DNA of 63,984 nucleotides, counting the filler, from Folioceros fuciformis (taxonomy: Eukaryota): NCBI GenBank assembly GCA_049999805.1. It is 9 parts of 9 records of this genome, joined end to end, with 100 filler letters (N's around TTAATTAATTAA, not from the genome) between each part and the next. Parts side by side here need not be neighbours in the genome. Positions count along the whole stretch, not along the records: positions 59,376 to 61,213 come from JBNGIO010003877.1; positions 61,314 to 63,984 come from JBNGIO010003891.1; 7 more parts are not named here. One strand, 5' to 3'. The notes beneath the pieces were generated by a model. It did not search any database. It was not told the origin of the DNA and worked only from the letters and a program-made list of their open reading frames with translations. The first letter of the stretch is position 1; each line of letters opens with the position of its first letter. The translations under genes were made by a program, and so were the position numbers. This document shows positions 59,376 to 63,984 of the stretch, piece by piece.

Positions 59376-61213
59376 CTCGCATCTACTCTTGTAGATATCC
59401 CGTTCAGCCTCCATCGCCCCTACCTTCAACTGTAGGTCAAGGTTTTCTTGATGAGTTGCATGAAGCTTGGTCATGCACCCCGTCAAGTAGGCATAGTCAG
59501 CACAAAACCTACGAGCTCGAACCACCAGCATCCCGTGAATCTTGGTCCGGTGCTCAACTTCTTGTTGTGCTTTCTCCTGCTTAAGGTCTTCTAATTGGAT
59601 GGTCAATTGTTCCCTCTCCACTCGCTCTCGTTGCCCTGCTTCAAGTCGTTGCTGGAGTTCCTGGTTCGCTTTAGCATTCTGTGCCTCCAACTCATCTAGC
59701 TTGCCTTGTAAATCCTTTGCAACGTAGGCTTGTTCCCGTAGCTGTTCCTCCACCACCTTCCTAGTTTCCTCAGACTGGGCGAGGTCCCTTCAACATGCAA
59801 TGATCTCATGTGATAAACCTTGTTGGGAAGTTTGCAACGTGGTCACCTGCTGGGTCAACTTCTCCAGTCCTTGCCTTTGCTCACCATCCTTGAGGAGATA
59901 CTGTTCTCGCTCCTTTTCCAATTCCTGCACTTTGGATTCTAGTCGTGCCTGGTTTGCATCCCGACTTATGTCCTTCTGTAGTAGGGTTGCAATCATTGCA
60001 CAGGCCTCTCCCCAATTGATGTGTTGTAACTGTTGGCCACACTGAATGATGTTGCTCCACACTCCCAACGAAGTATCGTTACCTTGGCTTGTGGCGTGTG
60101 CTCCTTGGGCTGCTTCCCAATTTACTGGGCTCCTTCTTGTCGGCGGATATTTCGCCTGATCCCCTTATATAGAGTACATGACCTAGCGTTATTTAGGTTA
60201 GTCTATTAGGGTTATGGCTGCCGGTTTGGCGGTTAGTTAGTTAATAACTTCCTCCATGTCTTGTTCGTGTGATGCTCATCTTTACGCGGNNNNNNNNNNC
60301 TCGCATCTACTCTTGTAGATATCCCGTTCAGCCTCCATCGCCCCTACCTTCAACTGTAGGTCAAGGTTTTCTTGATGAGTTGCATGAAGCTTGGTCATGC
60401 ACCCCGTCAAGTAGGCATAGTCAGCACAAAACCTACGAGCTCGAACCACCAGCATCCCGTGAATCTTGGTCCGGTGCTCAACTTCTTGTTGTGCTTTCTC
60501 CTGCTTAAGGTCTTCTAATTGGATGGTCAATTGTTCCCTCTCCACTCGCTCTCGTTGCCCTGCTTCAAGTCGTTGCTGGAGTTCCTGGTTCGCTTTAGCA
60601 TTCTGTGCCTCCAACTCATCTAGCTTGCCTTGTAAATCCTTTGCAACGTAGGCTTGTTCCCGTAGCTGTTCCTCCACCACCTTCCTAGTTTCCTCAGACT
60701 GGGCGAGGTCCCTTCAACATGCAATGATCTCATGTGATAAACCTTGTTGGGAAGTTTGCAACGTGGTCACCTGCTGGGTCAACTTCTCCAGTCCTTGCCT
60801 TTGCTCACCATCCTTGAGGAGATACTGTTCTCGCTCCTTTTCCAATTCCTGCACTTTGGATTCTAGTCGTGCCTGGTTTGCATCCCGACTTATGTCCTTC
60901 TGTAGTAGGGTTGCAATCATTGCACAGGCCTCTCCCCAATTGATGTGTTGTAACTGTTGGCCACACTGAATGATGTTGCTCCACACTCCCAACGAAGTAT
61001 CGTTACCTTGGCTTGTGGCGTGTGCTCCTTGGGCTGCTTCCCAATTTACTGGGCTCCTTCTTGTCGGCGGATATTTCGCCTGATCCCCTTATATAGAGTA
61101 CATGACCTAGCGTTATTTAGGTTAGTCTATTAGGGTTATGGCTGCCGGTTTGGCGGTTAGTTAGTTAATAACTTCCTCCATGTCTTGTTCGTGTGATGCT
61201 CATCTTTACGCGG
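59376..61213. repeat. 914-bp sequence duplicated across a 10-N gap; each copy carries a stop-interrupted coiled-coil ORF on the minus strand
   Basis: 59376-60289 appears identical to 60300-61213, and the ORF translations are identical. Confidence 0.9.
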
Positions 61214-61599
61214 NNNNNNNNNNNNNNNNNNNNNNNNNNNNNNNNNNNNNNNNNNNNTTAATTAATTAANNNNNNNNNNNNNNNNNNNNNNNNNNNNNNN
61301 NNNNNNNNNNNNNTTCCCAACCCTATGGCCCGGTACCGGACCTAAACTTTCCCAGGTCTGGAACTAGACCTGTACCCACTCTAATAACCAAACCAGCTAT
61401 TTCCTAGTCAATTAACTTGATTAGCACAAAGAAAAATAGGAAAAATGACCAGAAAATAAAGAAAAATTAGGGAAAAAGAAGTAGAAAAAGGAAACCAAAC
61501 CATGCCACTATTAACCCCTTTTCAACCAAAACAAACTACTACCTCAAACTTTGGAGGTTTACACTACTCAAGGCTTCTTCATAAGACTAAGGCTCTACG

Positions 61600-62980
61600 G
61601 GATCAAGAGCAATAGCTTGTACAAAGGTTATCCTGAAATCTTGAGACTGATAATAGTCTGGTGCCCGTCTTTCTCTTGCAAGATAACGGCGCACAGGGTC
61701 AGGTATATCCTCAGCATCAGGGTCAAGATTTGGATCTGGATCAGGACCATCATCGTCATCAGGAACAAGGGGTTCTGGATCAACAACAATGTGAGAAGGT
61801 GGATCTTGTATGTCAGCAGCAAGATCAAGTACTGCTAATTCATTTGGTTGCTCTACTCCCTATCCATCATTTTGCTGATTATCTTCCCCCCTGCAGGAGC
61901 AAACTCCTCATGTGGAAGGTCAGGAAAAATTGTGATGTCAAATAGAGTAGACAAGTCAAAACCCTCTTGGGAGGTGGGAAGTGCTCCCACTGGCTAGCAG
62001 AAACGTGTTTCATCAAAAGTCACGCTGCGGGCATAAGCCACTTGAATCTGAGGTATATCGTATAATTTATATGCTTTAATACCTTCAGTATAGCCTATCA
62101 TGAGATATTTCTTGGCTTTAGCAGCTAACTTGGTGCACTTGGCTTTAGGAACAAAAGCATAAGCAAGGCAACCAAAGGTGCGAAGATGCAAGATAGCTGG
62201 TTTTCTGCCAAAGAAGGCTTCATAGGGGGTTTGCCCCACAACGGCAGTGGTAGGCAGCCTGTTACGCAAGTACACAGCTGTCATAAGGGCCTCAGCCCAA
62301 TACGGAAGTGGCAAAGAGGCCTGATGTAACATAGAGGAAACCATTTCTTGCAAAGTTTGATTCAAGCGCTCAGCAACACCATTTTGCTGTGGTGTGTANN
62401 NNNNNNNNNNNNNNNNNNNNNNNNNNNNNNNNNNNNNNNNNNNNNNNNNNNNNNNNNNNNNNNNNNNNNNNNNNNNNNNNNNNNNNNNNNNNNNNNNNAA
62501 ACACTCACTCTTGGCCTGTAAGATGTAGGCCATGACAAACCTGGTTTTGTCATCAATGAATGTGAGGAAATGTCTGCCACCACCAATTGAAGGCTGAGAT
62601 AGTGGCCCACATATATCAGTGTGGACAAGCTCAAGAACATCGGAAGCTTTGTGAGGAGATTTGTTCTTGAAAGCTGCTTGATGACGTTTCGACAACACAC
62701 AAGTTTCACACAGAGGTAGAGGTGGCAAGCTACCTATTTTTCCATCACTGTAGAGCTCACTACTAACAAGTTTTTGTAGCTTTGCACAATGAGGGTGACC
62801 AAGGCGAGCATGCCATAACTTAGCCTTTTCTTCCAGCTTATTAGTTGCTTCTGAAGAGTTAGAAGCTAAGTGTGTCTTTGCTGTGTGACTACGAGTGTGT
62901 AGGCAAAACACATCATGTTCTGATGACCCAGAGGCTAGTATCTTGCAGGAATCAAAAGCATCAATGATCCTGCACTCTGT
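61600..62980 (-). mobile_element. Ty1/copia family E pre-integrase, integrase and spacer
   Basis: LWHARLGH, CETC, VHTDICGP, FIDDKTR, YTPQQNGVAER, YWAEA and HLRTFGC. Confidence 0.95.
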
Positions 62981-63905
62981 GATCCATAGACGCAAGCAAG
63001 CTTTGCATTGCTTAGCAAAAGATAGTCCACACCTTGTGAACATATATGACAATTAAGTTATTAACCGTCAGTCCTAACCCTAAACCTGCTAATAAGTGTA
63101 TAACTAACCTATATACACTATCACTCCCACTCAGGTTAAGAGTGGTTATAGTTTAGTTTGATATATTTATATATGTTTATAGCTATGCTAGACTACGAAA
63201 CGCTAATCCTATCTAAGAAACTTTGAAAATAAAAGAAACTTAGACTAAAACTTAGAGCACGCTTCAACTTCAGGCTTCACTCCTTCAGTCTTCGAGCTTG
63301 CAGCTAGCTGATGTTGATGCCATGCTTGGATTCGGCGCCTTGCTCCATTTGAGGTCCTTCCCAGCTGCGCGGAGCCCAAGGCCTGTTGCGTGCTAATAGT
63401 GCTTCACTCGCGCCAGGCCTTTTGTAAGAATATGAGCTGTCATGAGCTCAGTAGGGCAATAGGTAACCTGCACGATTCCTTGAGAGGTCACCTGCCTGAT
63501 GTAATGATGTTGAATCTCTATGTGCTTTGTGCGCGCATGGAATCTTGCATTTGCTGTAAGTGCTATTGCACTCTGGTTATCACAGAACAGGCTCATTGGC
63601 AGATTTTGTGCAAATCCAAGCTCTTGCAAAGCTTCTACAATCCATGTTACCTCCTTGCAAGCCTCAGTTAGGCTTTTATACTCCGCCTCCGTGGAGGAAA
63701 GAGCTATGGTGGACTGTCTCCGGCTACTCCAGGCTATAGCTCCACCAGTTAGCAGGGTAACATAGCTTGAAATGCTTTTCCTACTGTCTGCATCACCTAC
63801 CCAGTCCGCGTCACTGTACGCAACAAACTCCAGAGATTTCTTTCCATAGCGGCCATAGAGTATGCCCTAGTCTGGGGTTGCTGCCACATACCTTAGCACC
63901 CTAGT
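62980..63905 (-). mobile_element. Nested copia 3' end: RNase H (about 63393-63900), PPT (63124-63133), short LTR (62980-63123)
   Basis: YSDADW, STEAEY, CDNQSAIAL and HARTKHIEI; TGAGTGGGAG then TGATAG...GGATCA abutting family E coding sequence. Confidence 0.85.
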
Positions 63906-63984
63906 CATCATATCATTGTGCTACAAATTGGGGTTTAAGACAAACCTTGAAGTGAGGCCTGAGGAGAATGCCAAGTCTGGTCTC

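Noticed and set aside
59376..61213. Tandem gene duplication
   Set aside because: Identical copies separated by a 10-N gap make up the whole scaffold, most likely a scaffolding artefact.

Overview
Land-plant nuclear DNA, probably from a fern: this is inferred from the WW-type PG box of the PPR protein, alongside plant-type TTTAGGG motifs and a plant tRNA-Ala. The window is not one locus. Eight artificial 100-nt linkers (N44-TTAATTAATTAA-N44) join nine separate scaffolds, so adjacency across a linker means nothing. Most scaffolds are nested, decayed retroelements: several Ty1/copia families, an L1-type LINE, LTR termini, minisatellites and the 3' end of a putative Ty3/gypsy-like element ending in a PHD finger. 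Host genes are prefoldin subunit 1 (with a 7-nt microexon) and a gene island at about 22-38 kb. The island holds a PLS-class PPR editing factor with a truncated WW-type DYW, an RWDD2-like gene, a DUF688 gene, tRNA-Ala(AGC) and two tandem secreted Root_cap/LEA-related genes. Two decayed Gnk2/DUF26-like fragments may lie at 54-56 kb. I found no convincing wholly new multi-gene system. The best leads are the PHD-finger retroelement, the microexon, telomeric repeats captured at duplication or insertion scars, and the internally amplified deaminase-less PPR. All family assignments come from motif recognition by eye, not database searches.
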